NCBI GenBank assembly: GCA_001662655.1 | Contig: KV460208.1 | Reading direction: 5' to 3' (one strand) | Source of the DNA: Pseudogymnoascus verrucosus | Lineage: Eukaryota | DNA: 64,000 nt | Shown here: positions 61,187 to 64,000 of the stretch, in pieces | Layout of the letters: every line of letters starts with the position of its first letter | Numbering within the stretch: the first letter of the stretch is position 1 | Notes under the pieces: generated by a model | The model's input: only the letters and a program-made list of their open reading frames with translations | The model's database searches: none | What the model was told of the DNA's origin: nothing | Translations under genes and position numbers: made by a program

Positions 61187-63254
61187 ATCGTCCCATTCCG
61201 CTCGGTTTAGAAAGCATCCGAAGGCGAGAACGATTCACAAACCGCATCAAGGAGACCAGGCGCAATCTTTGTATATAACTTTTTGACTTCGCGGGACCAT
61301 TTTCGGCCCCGTTTTTTTGCTGCTGGGGTTTTGTTGGGAAAGCGGGTGTAGGGAGCGTATGAGTCGGCGCTTTTTTGGGGGGGAGGGGTGTTATTTTCTG
61401 GTTTTTTTGTTTGGTATTTTTTTTTGGGGGGGGGGAGATGATAAGGGGCATTTTCGCGGCGTACTGATATTTTTGGTGCGTTGTTTGGTTAGATTTGAGA
61501 GGTTAGGTAGACTACCTATTTCATGCCATCATCCATGCCTCTTTTTGACTGCTGTGAGATGGGCCGGTGTATGGAGTTGAAAATAAGAGAGAGAATGGCT
61601 TGGAGACGGGAAATAGAAAATGATGGGACAGGATATAATTATCAGGTTCCAATATTGAGGAATTGGAGGAAGTAATAAAATAGTAATCACCAAAAATATA
61701 TTGTTTAAATTGTAAAATAATGAATCGCACCCCTTCATAAATAACCTCACCAAACATATAAACACCACACCAGTCGCACCTCCCCTTCCAACACCCTCGT
61801 ACCTTCCCTGACACGTACCTTCAACTTCACCAACTCACTCACTCTCAGTCGCACCTTCCCCCCATCCATCCACCAGACATAAAACCCCCCTCGTCCCATC
61901 CCACACCCATCACATTCCACTACCGAACCTTAAAACCCTCACCCCCCCCCAATAATCCCCGATCCTAGGAAATGGGCTGAATTGACACCACACACACACC
62001 TCCATCGGCACCAACTCTCCGACTCCCCGGTCACAGACCCGAGTGGCTTGTCCTGCGAGATCGGGACCCGCCTATTATGTGTGGCGACGAAGAACAGACG
62101 TGCGTGCGGGGATTGGGGGACGGGGAAGGGGGGATAAGTAAATCCGCTACTCCGCTACTGGGTACATTTGAAGAGTCATCTACCTACAGTTTTCATAATG
62201 TAAGTATTGCAAGTATTTCTCCAACCCCCGAAGAAAAGGAAACAGGGAAGAAAAAAAACGTGGCGGGTGTTGTGTGAAGAGTCATCATCATCAACCCAAC
62301 CAAGCCAAGGCGAAAAAAGGTTGAAAAGGTGGAAAGGCTTATTGAGTCTCGGCAAGCACTTCGGCTCAGCTGCCCGCCCAGCGACTAAATTCCTAGATGC
62401 GGCACTGTTTTCCGCAGCACTTGCACACATCTGCACACTGCACACTGCACTGCACGGCGCAAGTAGCTGAGGTGAGGACAGGTAAGGTAAGGTAAAGCAG
62501 AAGCAGGGTAAAGTCACACCGCATCACCATGAAACCCAATCGCACGTGGTGAAGGCGTGCGATTGGGTCTTGTCTTGGATATTTCTATCGTTCTCCGCAT
62601 GGAGTCTATAGACGTCAGGTGAGGACGCCTCTCCGCGCTCGGGATGGCTCCATTGACACATCCTCAATGCCGACTACCCGTCTCCGCCTCCAGGCCCATC
62701 ATCCCCTCCTCTCAGTTAATCATCTATTCACCACATCAATCCCCCTCCCCCTCCCATCAATCCACCACCACCCACAACCCCCCTTCCCTGCACCTCCCCC
62801 CCCCCATCCTCCACGCGAGTGCGGCACCTATCCGCACCCTAGCGTCCCCCTAGTCCCCTCCCCAGCACATAAAAACCATGTTGACTAGCGCGCCCCGAAG
62901 GGCGTATCCGCGCTAGAGCGGGGCCGAACTGCGATGAAGTAAGAGAAATTTATAGTAGTGTCGAGGGTGGAGAGCGAGAGGAGGGGGCGGGTATATAGGG
63001 TCGGAGGACGCCGCCGCCGCGAGATTTTGGGGGGGATAAAGGAACAAAGGAACAAAGAAACAAACAAACAAAGAAAGAGAGTTTGTATAGCTTTGTTTAT
63101 TTTTGGATTACACTCGTTTTTTTGGGAGAGGTGAATTTTTTAGAAAGAGGCTTGGCTTTGAATACTGTGCCAAGGCATTTTTTTTATACTTTTTTTACAA
63201 AGAGAAGGGCTTCTAGGGGGAGACTGTGGATTATAGGAGAGTGCATTCTACGTG

Positions 63255-64000
63255 ATGGGTGGTGAGGAGAAGAAAGACACCCAGCTCCACGGCACCACGC
63301 CCGTGGACGAAAAAGTCCTACGAGCTGACCACGACCGTGCCGCCGCAACAGAAGGCATCACCACGTCCCACAATGACTCCTCCACCGACTCCTCCTCCGA
63401 CGCCATAGGTCTCCACATCGTCCCCTCCAAAACCCACAGCCGCATCTCCCGCGACGGCGACAAGCTCTCCTTCCACGACCCCGAAAAAGGCGTCATCAGC
63501 GCCGCCGTCCTCCCCTCCCCCTCGCAGAGCACACGCGCCCTCACCCTCCGCGAGGACGAGAACTTCTACCCCGAGGGCGGCCTTCAGGCATGGCTCGTTG
63601 TGTTCGGATCGCTGTGCTCGCTGCTCGCGGCTCTGGGGGTGATGAATACGCTGGGCTCGTTCCAGGCGTATATTAGCAGGAATCAGTTGAGGGAGTATAG
63701 TGAGGGAGAGATTGGGTGGATTTTTAGCATGTATGCGTGTTTGGCTTTTGGGTTTGGGGTCATTGTTGGGCCGGTTTTTGATAAGCATGGGGCGAGGTGG
63801 TTGATGCTTGTGGGGTCGGCGGGGGTGGTGACGAGTTTGATGCTGTTGAGTGTTTGCGAGAGTACGTTCCCCATTTCTACAGCCCCCCCATTCTATCATC
63901 TTGAACACCACACTAACACCCCACAGCATACTGGCACTTCATGCTCGTCTTCGGCATCCTCGGCGGTGCCTCCACATCTCTCATCTTCGCCCCCGCCATC
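63255..64000 (+). CDS. MFS monocarboxylate-porter (MCH-family) transporter, partial; runs off the window
   Basis: MGGEEKKD...FYPEGGLQAWLVVFGS, MNTLGSFQAY, IGWIFS, GPVFDKHGAR, then an intron and YWHFMLVFGILGG. Confidence 0.88.
   Translation, partial: MGGEEKKDTQLHGTTPVDEKVLRADHDRAAATEGITTSHNDSSTDSSSDAIGLHIVPSKTHSRISRDGDKLSFHDPEKGVISAAVLPSPSQSTRALTLREDENFYPEGGLQAWLVVFGSLCSLLAALGVMNTLGSFQAYISRNQLREYSEGEIGWIFSMYACLAFGFGVIVGPVFDKHGARWLMLVGSAGVVTSLMLLSVCESTFPISTAPPFYHLEHHTNTPQHTGTSCSSSASSAVPPHLSSSPPP

Noticed and set aside
62880..63060. Possible FMN or TPP riboswitch before the MCH transporter
   Set aside because: I could not find the conserved aptamer cores of either class; there is only generic G/C-rich pairing.
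1..64000. tRNA, rRNA, intact transposon, secondary-metabolite cluster, or TGA-CTA readthrough to a cryptic PTS1
   Set aside because: None recognised by eye. tRNAscan-SE, Infernal and RepeatMasker would be needed to exclude small or degenerate cases.

Overview
Gene-dense, intron-containing genomic DNA from a filamentous ascomycete. Gene style suggests a Leotiomycete such as Pseudogymnoascus, which is my inference. I can support about 24 protein-coding genes. Housekeeping genes: ARP2, SSN3/CDK8, FTA4, ATG2, YJU2, SGF29, a Nup2-like nucleoporin and a Ubl-AN1 zinc finger. Metabolic and transport genes: GH67 alpha-glucuronidase, a metallo-beta-lactamase-fold hydrolase, IDO, SCP2, an AKR7-like reductase, a cytochrome b5-acyl-CoA dehydrogenase, an adenosine deaminase and three transporters. 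There is also a Zn2Cys6/RTA1 pair. The most interesting block is an accessory-looking island at about 18.6-24.9 kb. It holds a fungal NLR (alpha/beta-hydrolase-NACHT-ankyrin) whose repeat array is nearly identical internally, whose predicted nucleophile is Cys rather than Ser and whose last repeat has a premature stop. The NLR sits head-to-head with a DUF6601-like membrane protein. Other notable items: a roughly 97-nt G-U-rich hairpin in an intron, a probable peroxisomal, FarA-regulated lactamase, candidate alternative first exons, a GC-AG intron, a uORF/intron leader on an MFS transporter, and a recurrent C-rich-to-G-rich skew switch inside genes. I recognised no tRNA, rRNA, intact transposon or CRISPR. 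Family assignments come from motif recognition only; no database searches were run.
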